From Clostridia bacterium (GTDB lineage Bacteria > Bacillota > Clostridia > Christensenellales > UBA1242): a stretch of 51,802 nucleotides of DNA. This document shows, piece after piece, positions 26,470 to 35,722 of the stretch (positions are counted from its first letter, which is position 1; every line of letters begins with the position of its first letter). The position numbers were made by a program, and so were the translations under genes. The notes below the pieces were generated by a model that saw nothing but the letters and a program-made list of their open reading frames with translations, searched no databases and had not been told where the DNA came from. The DNA lies in assembly GCA_045638465.1 (NCBI GenBank), contig JAZUBK010000056.1, positions 1 through 51,802 on the forward strand. Direction: 5' to 3'.

Positions 26470-28335
26470 TTACTCCTTTACGATAGCGCCGAACTTACAT
26501 GTTCTTTGACAAGCGCCACATTTGATACATTTTTCTGGGTCAATTTCGTGTTTTTGTTTTACTGTGCCAGAAATTGCATTTACTGGACATTGTCTGCTAC
26601 ATGCAGTACAACCGATACATTTATCTGTGATTTTGTAACTAGCTAGAGCTTTACAAACTCCCGCACGACATTTTTTGTCTTTGATGTGTTCGATATACTC
26701 ATCTCTAAAATATTTCAAAGTAGAAAGAACTGGATTTGGAGATGTTTGGCCTAGACCACAAAGTGAGTTTTGTTTTACATACTCACAAAGTTCTTCTAGT
26801 TTGTCCAAATCTTCCATTTCTGCGTTGCCGCTACAGATTTTTTCCAAAATCTCTTTGATACGAGTGTTACCTATACGACAAGGAGTACACTTACCACAAC
26901 TTTCGTCGCAAGTAAAGTCAAGGAAGAACTTAGCAAAGTCTACCATACAAGTTCCTTCGTCTACAACAATCATACCACCAGAACCCATCATACTACCAGC
27001 TTCTTGCAAACTCTTGTAGTCGATAGGAGTATCGATAAGATGTTTTGGAATACAGCCACCAGATGGTCCGCCCATTTGAACAGCTTTTAGTTCTTTATCC
27101 CCAGGAATACCGCCACCGATATCATAAACGATTTCTCTGATGGTTGTGCCCATAGGAAGTTCGATAAGACCTGAGTGTCTTACTTTTCCTGTTAGAGCGA
27201 ATACTTTAGTTCCCTTACTATCTTCTGTACCGATAGAAGAATACCATTCTGCTCCGTTATTTATAATTTGTGCAATATTTGCAAATGTTTCTACGTTATT
27301 AATTACTGTTGGTTTTCCGTACAAACCACTTTGTGCAGGATATGGTGGTTTTAGTGTTGGCTCACCACGGTTACCCTCTATTGAGCGAAGAAGTGCAGTT
27401 TCTTCACCGCATACAAACGCTCCTGCGCCGTATTTAATAGAAAGTTTAAAATTAAAGTCTGTCCCGAAAATTTTATCACCCAAAAGGCCTTGCTCTGTAC
27501 ATTCTTTAATAGCTTTTTCTAGTCTTTCACCAGCTAGTGGATATTCTGCTCTAAGGTATACAAAACCCTCATCTGCGCCAATAGCATAACCACAAATAGT
27601 CATCGCCTCAATAATAGCATGTGGGTTACCCTCTATGATACTTCTATCCATGAACGCACCTGGGTCACCTTCGTCAGCGTTACAAACAACATATTTTTTG
27701 TCTGAAACACTTGCTCTTGTTAATTCCCATTTTGTTCCTGTAGAAAAACCAGCACCACCACGGCCACGAAGACCTGAGTTTTTGACAAGTTCGATAACTT
27801 GCTCTGGTGTCATAGTAGTTAACACTTTGTGCAAAGCATAGTATCCGCCAAGAGCGATATAATCGTTCATAATGTTTTCAAGACTCATATATTCGCTATT
27901 GTTTCTTGCAAGTAGCATTTGCTTTTTGCAGAAGTTTAGTTCGTGTTTTGTTACTTTCTTTTCGCCGTTTTCATCAAGAAGTAATCTCTCTACAATTTTG
28001 CCTTGAGCAAAATGTTCTGAAACGATTTCTTCTGCATCATCTACTGATACTTTTGTGTAGAAAACGCCCTCTGGATATACAAGTACAATAGGACCTTCGG
28101 CACACATACCAAAGCAACCAACTCCACCTACTCTAACCTTTTTGTCAAGGTTGTGAGCTTTTACGCTATTTTCTAGCGCTTCTTGTACAAGTTTTGATTT
28201 ACAACTACGGCAACCAGTACCACCACAAACTACAACTTCATAGTCATAGTCTACGCCACTTTTGTCGCCTTGTTTTCTAAAAGCAATTTCTGCTTTGTAT
28301 TTTTCTCTGATTTCGTCAAGTTTATCAATAGTCAT
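26470..28335 (-). CDS. hydB: NuoF-like NAD(P)H-binding flavoprotein subunit HydB of the bifurcating hydrogenase
   Basis: The motifs are GRGGAGFSTGTKW (FMN/NADH site) and ESCGKCTPCR (N3 cluster). C-terminal CIGCTACSRQCP and CIKCGACQRTCKF give 2x[4Fe-4S]. The N-terminus has a thioredoxin-like CGGTGC...C motif. Confidence 0.9.
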   Translation of the reverse strand: MTIDKLDEIREKYKAEIAFRKQGDKSGVDYDYEVVVCGGTGCRSCKSKLVQEALENSVKAHNLDKKVRVGGVGCFGMCAEGPIVLVYPEGVFYTKVSVDDAEEIVSEHFAQGKIVERLLLDENGEKKVTKHELNFCKKQMLLARNNSEYMSLENIMNDYIALGGYYALHKVLTTMTPEQVIELVKNSGLRGRGGAGFSTGTKWELTRASVSDKKYVVCNADEGDPGAFMDRSIIEGNPHAIIEAMTICGYAIGADEGFVYLRAEYPLAGERLEKAIKECTEQGLLGDKIFGTDFNFKLSIKYGAGAFVCGEETALLRSIEGNRGEPTLKPPYPAQSGLYGKPTVINNVETFANIAQIINNGAEWYSSIGTEDSKGTKVFALTGKVRHSGLIELPMGTTIREIVYDIGGGIPGDKELKAVQMGGPSGGCIPKHLIDTPIDYKSLQEAGSMMGSGGMIVVDEGTCMVDFAKFFLDFTCDESCGKCTPCRIGNTRIKEILEKICSGNAEMEDLDKLEELCEYVKQNSLCGLGQTSPNPVLSTLKYFRDEYIEHIKDKKCRAGVCKALASYKITDKCIGCTACSRQCPVNAISGTVKQKHEIDPEKCIKCGACQRTCKFGAIVKE

Positions 28336-28340
28336 TATCT

Positions 28341-28832
28341 TTACTCCTTGTCATACTTAGCCAAAATTTCATCGACTTTTTCTATAGTAAGTTTACCATA
28401 AACTTCGCCATTGATGGTCATAGCTGGTGCTATACCACAACAACCGATACATCTACAAGAAGTAACTATCCACTTACCATCATCACTTGTTTGGCCAGGC
28501 TTTAGATTTAGCTTTTGCAAGATGTGTTCATATACATCATTTGCTCCCAATACAAAACAAGCTGTACCAAGGCAGATATCAATATTGTATTTCGCCTTTG
28601 GTGTTAGGGTAAATTGACTATAAAAAGTAATTATACCGTAAATTTTATTTTCAGAAACTTTTAGGCTTTCGGCAATTCTCTTTACCGCTGGTTTTGGAAT
28701 AAAACCATATATGCCTTGAGTTTTTTGCAAAACTTCCATTATGTTTCCACTGTTGCCCAAGTTTTTTTCTAAAAGAGCAGCAAACTCTTTTTCTTGCTCT
28801 GGGCTGCCTAATACATTAGAACATGCGCACAT
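28341..28832 (-). CDS. hydC: NuoE-like [2Fe-2S] subunit HydC
   Basis: The CLGTACFV...CRCIGCCGIAP cysteine pattern matches NuoE/HndA. The gene lies in the tightly packed order hydC-hydB-hydA, with 4-5 nt gaps. Confidence 0.88.
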   Translation of the reverse strand: MCACSNVLGSPEQEKEFAALLEKNLGNSGNIMEVLQKTQGIYGFIPKPAVKRIAESLKVSENKIYGIITFYSQFTLTPKAKYNIDICLGTACFVLGANDVYEHILQKLNLKPGQTSDDGKWIVTSCRCIGCCGIAPAMTINGEVYGKLTIEKVDEILAKYDKE

Positions 28833-28862
28833 ATTATAACTCCTTTAATTTTTGCTAATGTT

Positions 28863-28891
28863 ATTTTAACAAAATTGGCTCAATTTCTCAA
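28863..28891 (-). promoter_or_regulatory. Candidate sigma-A promoter of hydCBA (TTGAGA-17-TAAAAT)
   Basis: The -35 is at 28891-28886 and the -10 at 28868-28863 on the minus strand. A GGAG RBS precedes ATG 28832. Confidence 0.5.
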
Positions 28892-29077
28892 CTAATTTAG
28901 CAACAAAAAAAGTTTTTTGCCTAGCCAAATTATTATTTTGTTTGACCCTTGCAAAAAAAATATTGCTGCGAAAGAATTTTTGCTATATTTTCTATTTATA
29001 ATAAGCAGTACAAAAATGAAAAATCATTAAAACACGCCCAAACATTATCCAAGCGTAAATAAACCATTTATTGCAAC

Positions 29078-29107
29078 AAAAAAAGAGCGACAATTTCGCT
29101 CTTTTTG
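29078..29107 (-). terminator. Rho-independent terminator after the lipoprotein gene
   Basis: The stem AGAGCGA/TCGCTCT (29084-29090 and 29096-29102) is flanked by an A7 run and a T-run. Confidence 0.8.
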
Positions 29108-29114
29108 TTTTTTA

Positions 29115-30290
29115 TTAAATACCCATTTCGCCTGAAAGATCAAGGTAACCTGTTGGGCACTCTGTTCTGAACAATCTTGAAGGAACTTTGCTTGATACAA
29201 TAATTTCCATTCTAGCGCCGTCTGATTCTGCATAAATCAAATCATCGCCATTGAAGTAATATCTTACAACTGTATCTTCTGTTTCTCCAGCTTCTGGATC
29301 TGCAGGAATTTCAAATTCTTCATAGTAATATACTTTGCCATTGATTGTTTCATAACCAGAAGACATATATTTTTCTAGCATAGAAGCATAGTCTGCACCG
29401 ATACCACCAATAATACCCATAGCTTCATCAGTGTCAACTATTCCACCATCTACAGAACCTTCAGCAGGTGTTTTATACCAAACATTCATTGTTGTTACTG
29501 TACCTGTCTCCATATCTGGCATTGGCATACTCATAGTTGTGTACATATAGTTATCAACCATAGCAATATGCATATTTACTTCTGATGTTGATGTAGAGTA
29601 AATAGCCATAGCCATATCATCACCCTTAACACCAAATTCAACAGCCATGCCGCAAGTTTCTTGTGTAACACCCATAAGTGTTAGTTGTGCAATAGCGTCT
29701 TCTCTTGAAAGTTCAATATCGCCCCATGCTGACTCTTCAATAAGAGCATCAATTACTGTATTGTATACCCAAGAAGAATCAAATACCATCTTGAAGTAGA
29801 TATTTTCGCTATTTGTTGCTAGGTTAATTGTTTTAAATGTTGATGGAGCATCTGCCACAACACCAGCGTCATATTCGATAACCATTGTACCAAAGCCGTC
29901 TAGGTCATCATCTTCCCATTCAACAGAATACTCACCAACTACTGAAGATACAGGTGCTGGTTCGTCATCTGGGTCATGAGCTGCCTTATAAGTATTGTAT
30001 TCGTTTTCGCTTACGCCTTGCATAACGATAGTAGTAACACCATCTTTTGAGTTAGAAACTGAAGATACTGTTGCTGTAGAGTTTGCATCTAGTGTAGGTT
30101 GAGCGATAGTTGATCCAAAAGCAACGTCGGTTGCAACTGAAGTTTCTGTAGAGTAAGCTCTATTTGGCATTGCATATGGGTCTGAGTCAAAAGCTGGTTT
30201 AACTTCTGTCTTGCCACAACCTGTAAGAAGTGCTGCTGCCACAGGAATAGCAACAAGAGCTGTTAAACATTTTTTAACTGATTTTTTCAT
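29115..30290 (-). CDS. Lipoprotein of unknown function (391 aa)
   Basis: The signal peptide with lipobox reads MKKSVKKCLTALVAIPVAAALLTGC. An AGGAGGG RBS is present. No family was recognised. Confidence 0.75.
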   Translation of the reverse strand: MKKSVKKCLTALVAIPVAAALLTGCGKTEVKPAFDSDPYAMPNRAYSTETSVATDVAFGSTIAQPTLDANSTATVSSVSNSKDGVTTIVMQGVSENEYNTYKAAHDPDDEPAPVSSVVGEYSVEWEDDDLDGFGTMVIEYDAGVVADAPSTFKTINLATNSENIYFKMVFDSSWVYNTVIDALIEESAWGDIELSREDAIAQLTLMGVTQETCGMAVEFGVKGDDMAMAIYSTSTSEVNMHIAMVDNYMYTTMSMPMPDMETGTVTTMNVWYKTPAEGSVDGGIVDTDEAMGIIGGIGADYASMLEKYMSSGYETINGKVYYYEEFEIPADPEAGETEDTVVRYYFNGDDLIYAESDGARMEIIVSSKVPSRLFRTECPTGYLDLSGEMGI

Positions 30291-30516
30291 ATATTTCCCT
30301 CCTTAATGATAGATTCATTTTAACACCCCAATATTTTTTTTGCAACAAAATCAAACCTTTTTCGGCAAAAAGATTCATTCATTTTTTTTCATAAGGATAT
30401 AACTATTTTTTATGGCTAAATTATATTCCATGCAAAAAAGATGCAAACTTTCGACAATATAAAGTGTAAATATTATTTTTGATAACTATTACATATATAT
30501 TAAACAAGGAGGAAAA

Positions 30517-31422
30517 ATGAAAATAAATGTAGGAATTGTAGGTTTCGGAAATTTAGGCAAAGCTCTTGCAACAACCCTAAAAGAAAACCCTTCTTTTAAT
30601 CTTGTACAAATTTTTTCTAAAAGGAAGTTGCCAGGCCTTGACCACGTCAGCAACATAAAACTTTACAAAAACAAAATTGATTTGCTTTTTCTTTGCGGTG
30701 GGTCAAAAGACGAACTCGAATTACAAGCGCAAAAATATATAAGTGATTTTTCTATCATAGAAAGTTATGACAATCACAGCAAACTTAAAAGTCATATCAC
30801 CAAGTTAGACGCCTTAGCAAAAGAAAGCAACAAGATTGCCCTTTGTAGTTTTGGTTGGGATCCTGGATTGTTTAGTTTTACAAGAGGGCTTTTTGATAGT
30901 CTAGGCTACACACCTTTTACCTTTTGGGGAAAGGGTCTCAGCCAAGGCCACACCCAAGCTATAAAAAATATCAAAGGCGTAATTGATGGCTTGCAATTTA
31001 CAATACCAAATAAGAATTTTTTTTCACAAATAAATCGCAATAAAATCACACATCAAAGCAAAGCCTTTCATATACGAAAATGTTACATTGTGTGCGACAA
31101 AAAAGATAGACAAAAAATCAAGCAAGAAATTATCACTATGCCAGACTATTTTGAGGGGTATAAAACTTATGTAAAATTTATATCCTCAAGAGGCCTTGAA
31201 AAAATCAAAAACTTTGCACATCAAGGAATAGTAACAACCCCACGTAGGGTTTTTGAGTTTAGACTTAAAACAAAATCTAATCCTATGCTTACTGCAAAAA
31301 TAATGTGCACTTTCGCCCGAGCCTATACAAAACTAATTGCCGAAAAATCATGGGGCGCTTTTACTATCTATGACATACCTTTTAACTCAATACTTCTGAA
31401 AGACAAATTTGATTATTTATAA
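30517..31422 (+). CDS. ddh: meso-Diaminopimelate D-dehydrogenase
   Basis: The protein is collinear with Corynebacterium Ddh: VGIVGFGNLGK, LFLCGGS, YDNH, GWDPGLFS, FWGKGLSQGH and MPDYFEGY. Confidence 0.88.
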   Translation: MKINVGIVGFGNLGKALATTLKENPSFNLVQIFSKRKLPGLDHVSNIKLYKNKIDLLFLCGGSKDELELQAQKYISDFSIIESYDNHSKLKSHITKLDALAKESNKIALCSFGWDPGLFSFTRGLFDSLGYTPFTFWGKGLSQGHTQAIKNIKGVIDGLQFTIPNKNFFSQINRNKITHQSKAFHIRKCYIVCDKKDRQKIKQEIITMPDYFEGYKTYVKFISSRGLEKIKNFAHQGIVTTPRRVFEFRLKTKSNPMLTAKIMCTFARAYTKLIAEKSWGAFTIYDIPFNSILLKDKFDYL

Positions 31423-31519
31423 AACTAACCCTGACTTAGCATGTGTATCTTTCAAATTTTTATTCTAAGTGTAAATAACTTTTCAAAAATAAAAATCATT
31501 TTTTATAAGGAGATTTTCT

Positions 31520-32218
31520 ATGAATATTGCTCTTATTGGCAGCAGCGGAAAAATGGGTAAATTATTCTCTACTGTTGCAACCACCAACAAAACCGACCAT
31601 ATAGTCGCATGTGTAGATATAACAGACAGCCAAGACCCTACAATGCCCTATCTAAGCCACAAACAACACAAGACCATATGGTCGGTAAAAGAAAAACTTG
31701 ATTTAATTATAGATTTTTCAACTTCTTTGAGTAAAGAAGACGTAATAAATTTTGCACTACTAAACAACCTGCCATTGGCGGTATTTTCGACCACGTGTTC
31801 GGAAGAAGACAAAGCAATGCTCAAAGCCGCCTCAAAGCACATACCAATTCTTCTTTGCCCTAATACAAGTAGAGGGGTAAACTCTATGATAAGAGCTTTA
31901 GACATATTGTCTCAGTCGTTAAATATGGCAGATGTTTTGGTTGAAGAAATACACCACAAAAACAAACTAGATTCGCCTAGTGGCACAGCTAAAAAAATCG
32001 TTGACTTACTCTCTTCAAATGGAATAGAAAACATCAAGGTAAATTCTTTTAGAGGAGGAACGGAGTGTGGCTATCATGCAGTTAGATTTTTGCTAGATGA
32101 CGAAGAAATAATTATCACCCACCGCGCAACCTCACGAAAAATTTTTGCCCTCGGAGCATATGAAATGGCAAAGAAATTATTATCAAAAAACAATGGTTTT
32201 TTCACGCACCTTGAATAG
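31520..32218 (+). CDS. dapB: 4-Hydroxy-tetrahydrodipicolinate reductase
   Basis: The N-terminal Rossmann motif is IGSSGKMGK. The catalytic motif is EEIHHKNKLDSPSGTA (E-x-HH-x-x-K-x-D-x-PSGTA). At 232 aa it is somewhat short. Confidence 0.85.
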   Translation: MNIALIGSSGKMGKLFSTVATTNKTDHIVACVDITDSQDPTMPYLSHKQHKTIWSVKEKLDLIIDFSTSLSKEDVINFALLNNLPLAVFSTTCSEEDKAMLKAASKHIPILLCPNTSRGVNSMIRALDILSQSLNMADVLVEEIHHKNKLDSPSGTAKKIVDLLSSNGIENIKVNSFRGGTECGYHAVRFLLDDEEIIITHRATSRKIFALGAYEMAKKLLSKNNGFFTHLE

Positions 32219-32226
32219 TCAAAATA

Positions 32227-33120
32227 TTACAGTTTTTGGCTCCCATCTTTTAGCATTTTTGCAACTATTTTTTCTACTCTTTTTTCACCACTTTTTGACA
32301 GTGGAATTAATGGAAGCCTTACCTCATTTTTTATATACTCAAGTCTTGCCAAAATATACTTTACAGGTATAGGGTTTGTCTCACAAAATAACACGTCATT
32401 TATTGCGTTTATTTTGTTTTGTTTGTTATTTGCTTTTTTAATTTTTTGAGACCTTGCATCAACATATATTTCTTTTACTTTTTTGCAGATAAAGTTTGAT
32501 GCTACACTTATGCAACCACTCGCTCCCAAAGTATAAAAGATAAAGTTTAGTTTATCCTCACCACTATAGATTGCAATTTTGTTTTTACATATTTTACATA
32601 GATTAATAATTCTATTTATATCTGCAGTACTTTCTTTGAGCCCATATATGTATTCGTTTTTGAGAAGAGTTTTTATGGTTCGCTCTTCCACCATAAGCCC
32701 TGTACGACTTGGAACATTGTACACAATAATAGGTAACTTTATTTCAGACAACTTTTCGTAATATTTGATAATCCCTGCTTGTGTTGTTTTATTATAATAA
32801 GGCGTTACCACCAGCGCCCCATCTACTCCTAGACGCTTTGCCATCTTTGTATTGCAGTATGCCGTCTCAAAATTATTACTGCCCGTACCAACAATTAGTT
32901 TACATCTTTTGTTAATTATCTTTTTAGTATATCTTATGATTTGCTCTCGCTCATCTTGTGACACACAACAACTCTCTCCTGTTGTACCAAGTATGCATAT
33001 TGCATCTGCACCTTCATTAATATTTATTTCTATGAGTTTCTTTAACCCGCCAAAATCTACTTTGTTGTTTTTCCACGGGGTTACTAGGGCGGTACATACC
33101 CCCTCAAATATTTTTCTCAT
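32227..33120 (-). CDS. dapA: 4-Hydroxy-tetrahydrodipicolinate synthase
   Basis: The motifs are GTTGESCCVS, VTPYYNK and IVYNVPSRTG. The protein is 297 aa. Confidence 0.88.
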   Translation of the reverse strand: MRKIFEGVCTALVTPWKNNKVDFGGLKKLIEININEGADAICILGTTGESCCVSQDEREQIIRYTKKIINKRCKLIVGTGSNNFETAYCNTKMAKRLGVDGALVVTPYYNKTTQAGIIKYYEKLSEIKLPIIVYNVPSRTGLMVEERTIKTLLKNEYIYGLKESTADINRIINLCKICKNKIAIYSGEDKLNFIFYTLGASGCISVASNFICKKVKEIYVDARSQKIKKANNKQNKINAINDVLFCETNPIPVKYILARLEYIKNEVRLPLIPLSKSGEKRVEKIVAKMLKDGSQKL

Positions 33121-33223
33121 ATATCTCTCCTTAAAAGTATGTATTCAACAAAGTGCTTTTTTGCCACAAAAAAAAGATAGCCCTACATGGCTACCTTTAG
33201 TTTAATATTTATTATTACTACTT

Positions 33224-34957
33224 TTATCTTCTTTCTAGCTCTTGCAACGCATCGTCGTTCCAATCTTCTGATTTTAGCATAACCTTATTATCCATCTTAA
33301 TAAGTTGATCTGCTTTTTTCATTACTCGCTCATCGTGAGATACTACGATAACTACTGCGTTTTTCTTTAGCTTGTTAATACTTTTTATTACGTTGTTGGC
33401 ATTTTTTGCATCTAGGTCATTTGTTGGCTCGTCAAAAATATAAATATCTGCAGGTTTCAAAAGTCCTCTTGCAATACAAACTCTTTTCTTTTCGCCACCA
33501 GACAACATATTTTCTAGGTTTTGTTGCTTTGCTTCGTTAAATCTTCTGTTATATAGTTTTTGCATACCCAAAAGGTCTACAATCTCTTTTGTACCGTTAT
33601 ATATTTCACCATTTGGATATAAAACATTGAGTTTTACATCTCTATTGAAGATAAATGGGCTTTGCATAGTTACTGACATTTTATCCGAAATAAGATATGC
33701 GGTAGGAATCTCTTGTTTGCCATTTATTATAATTTTACCACTGTTTCTTTCACACAAACCGCAAATAACTTTCATAATAGTGGATTTACCACAACCACTT
33801 TCGCCATATATTACAGTCATTTTGCCTTTTTCAAATTTCATGTTAACATTTTCGATACGGAAAATATCACCGTTTTGAACATTGATATCTTCTAGTTCTA
33901 ATTTTTCGATTTTGTCACATTCCAAACTTTGCAAAGGTAACATATCTGATTTTGTTGGTTTGATTTCGTATAATCTATTAATTTTTACAGAACATTGTAC
34001 CCAGCGTGTAGAGAACCAACCTATTGATTGTATAGGAGCAAATATAGAAGATACATAGTTTGCTATAACAATAATACTACCAACAACCATTGTTTGATCT
34101 ACGATTCTCTTTGCACACAAAAAGATAATACCATACGTACAAAGTGTTTCGATAAGGGTAACAATAGACCAATATACTTGTCTTAGGTTTATTTGTTTCT
34201 TTTGTTGCTCATAATAAGCCTCAACTTTTTGATTAAAAATCTTTTGCTCATAGCTCATTGATTTGTATAGGTTGATTAAAGGAAGATTTGCTATAGAATT
34301 TGATATGGTATTTGAAACCGCCGACTTTGTTGATTCTGTTTTTACAGAAATTGACCTTTCGATTTTTGTTCTGATAAGCACACAACAAATAACTATGCCT
34401 ACACTTACCATAATAAAAGGAACAGATAATATATCCAAAAAGCATATATAAACAAAAGCAATTATAGCTGAAAATACATTTGGTATAATTTCACCAAGCA
34501 AACTATCTACAACACTAACGATATATTCTGGGCCCTCGTTCATACGATAAAGTGCATCACCATCTGTCATTTTCAAATCCATGTTCTTTCTTGGAACAAC
34601 CAACCAACTATATGTTTCTGATCGCATATTGCTAACTACTCTTTTGATTAGTTTTTCCATAGAAAGCGAATATGTAGTGCTCAAGCATCTCATAAGATAT
34701 GTTACTATCGCTGCAAAAACGATAATCAAAACATAACTTACATCATCATTTATTTTTATTCCAAAAAAGGCTACTTGTTCGCCAGACAACTTAGAAATAA
34801 CTAAGCTTACCATTTGAGTCGGAATAAGCACAGCAATAGATGCCACAAAACCAAGTACTAGCAAAAGAAAAAAGTGCACCTTGTTTTTCTTAGTCATTAC
34901 CTGCCACAAAAGAGCTAAAGGGTTTTTTGAGTGTTGTTGTTTTTTGGATTTTTTCAT
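33224..34957 (-). CDS. ABC exporter, fused permease/ATPase (type I exporter half-transporter)
   Basis: A 6-helix N-terminal domain is followed by Walker A GESGCGKST, the signature LSGGEKKR and Walker B IYIFDEPT. No partner half-transporter or C39 peptidase domain is present in the window. Confidence 0.85.
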   Translation of the reverse strand: MKKSKKQQHSKNPLALLWQVMTKKNKVHFFLLLVLGFVASIAVLIPTQMVSLVISKLSGEQVAFFGIKINDDVSYVLIIVFAAIVTYLMRCLSTTYSLSMEKLIKRVVSNMRSETYSWLVVPRKNMDLKMTDGDALYRMNEGPEYIVSVVDSLLGEIIPNVFSAIIAFVYICFLDILSVPFIMVSVGIVICCVLIRTKIERSISVKTESTKSAVSNTISNSIANLPLINLYKSMSYEQKIFNQKVEAYYEQQKKQINLRQVYWSIVTLIETLCTYGIIFLCAKRIVDQTMVVGSIIVIANYVSSIFAPIQSIGWFSTRWVQCSVKINRLYEIKPTKSDMLPLQSLECDKIEKLELEDINVQNGDIFRIENVNMKFEKGKMTVIYGESGCGKSTIMKVICGLCERNSGKIIINGKQEIPTAYLISDKMSVTMQSPFIFNRDVKLNVLYPNGEIYNGTKEIVDLLGMQKLYNRRFNEAKQQNLENMLSGGEKKRVCIARGLLKPADIYIFDEPTNDLDAKNANNVIKSINKLKKNAVVIVVSHDERVMKKADQLIKMDNKVMLKSEDWNDDALQELERR

Positions 34958-35016
34958 AATTTCGTCTCCTGCGCTTATTCTATCATTAAATGGCTGTTTT
35001 TGGCAATTAATACAAA

Positions 35017-35044
35017 TAAAAAAAGCATACCATAAGATATGCTT
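35017..35044 (-). terminator. Rho-independent terminator
   Basis: The stem AAGCATA/TATGCTT (35023-35029 and 35038-35044) is followed by an A7 run, which reads as T7 on the minus strand. Confidence 0.75.
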
Positions 35045-35049
35045 TATTT

Positions 35050-35619
35050 TTACTTATTTTCTGTTGTTTGTTTTTCGTCTAGCTTTTGGTTTTCGTCGCT
35101 ATGTTTTATGTTAATTGTAACCAAAATCATTGTTGCGGCATACAAAACAAAGTAAATACCCACAAAGACTACCCACAAAGACATATCACCTACAGGTCTT
35201 AGCATAATTGCTACACCAAGGGCAAGTTTGATAACGCCAACAACTATCATACCAATGCCTGAAATTTCTTCGTATGCTTTGTTTGTGCCAGTAACACACT
35301 CTACAATAGCTTCTGCCAAGATGCATAGGCTAAAAATAACGAAGAATAAAACATAATCAAGGTTAAATACAATAAACACTATGCCAAAAGCCATTGAAAG
35401 GCCACCAAAAATAACTTGGTAATAAAAGTCCTTTTCTTTACGACACAAAACAATACCGTAAACAAGTCTTACAATACCTACAACCAAAGTAACAATACCG
35501 ACTATAAGTGTGATAGAGTCTACTGCTAGTTTATTTAGGTTAATAATCAAAAGGCCAACTAGCGCCATAGCAATAGCACATGCAACTAAAATCCATTTGT
35601 ACTTAGGAATATTTTTCAT
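35050..35619 (-). CDS. DUF308/HdeD-like polytopic membrane protein
   Basis: The protein has six hydrophobic helices and repeated G.V.LV.G..RLVYG-type motifs. It is a paralog of the next gene. Confidence 0.65.
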   Translation of the reverse strand: MKNIPKYKWILVACAIAMALVGLLIINLNKLAVDSITLIVGIVTLVVGIVRLVYGIVLCRKEKDFYYQVIFGGLSMAFGIVFIVFNLDYVLFFVIFSLCILAEAIVECVTGTNKAYEEISGIGMIVVGVIKLALGVAIMLRPVGDMSLWVVFVGIYFVLYAATMILVTINIKHSDENQKLDEKQTTENK

Positions 35620-35668
35620 ATATCATTTCTCCATAACTTATCATACAACATTTTGCTTATATTTGCAA

Positions 35669-35700
35669 TAAAAAAACCCTAAAGTTAATTAGGGTTTTTT
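35669..35700 (-). terminator. Bidirectional-type terminator
   Basis: The stem AACCCTAA/TTAGGGTT (35675-35682 and 35689-35696) is flanked by A- and T-runs. Confidence 0.8.
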
Positions 35701-35722
35701 GTAAGTTTTGTTTTGTTACATA

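Noticed and set aside
28858-28870. A Rex (redox repressor) operator upstream of hydCBA: the palindrome TGTTA-AAA-TAACA.
   Set aside because: The arm spacing is 3 nt, whereas a Rex site of the TTGTTAA-N4-TTAACAA type puts about 6 nt between these cores. The palindrome also coincides with the -10 region. It is not a credible Rex box as read.
30291-30516. A lysine (L-box) riboswitch upstream of ddh, and likewise upstream of dapA at 33121-33223.
   Set aside because: Both leaders are very AT-rich. They lack the conserved GC-rich helices and core motifs of the lysine riboswitch.
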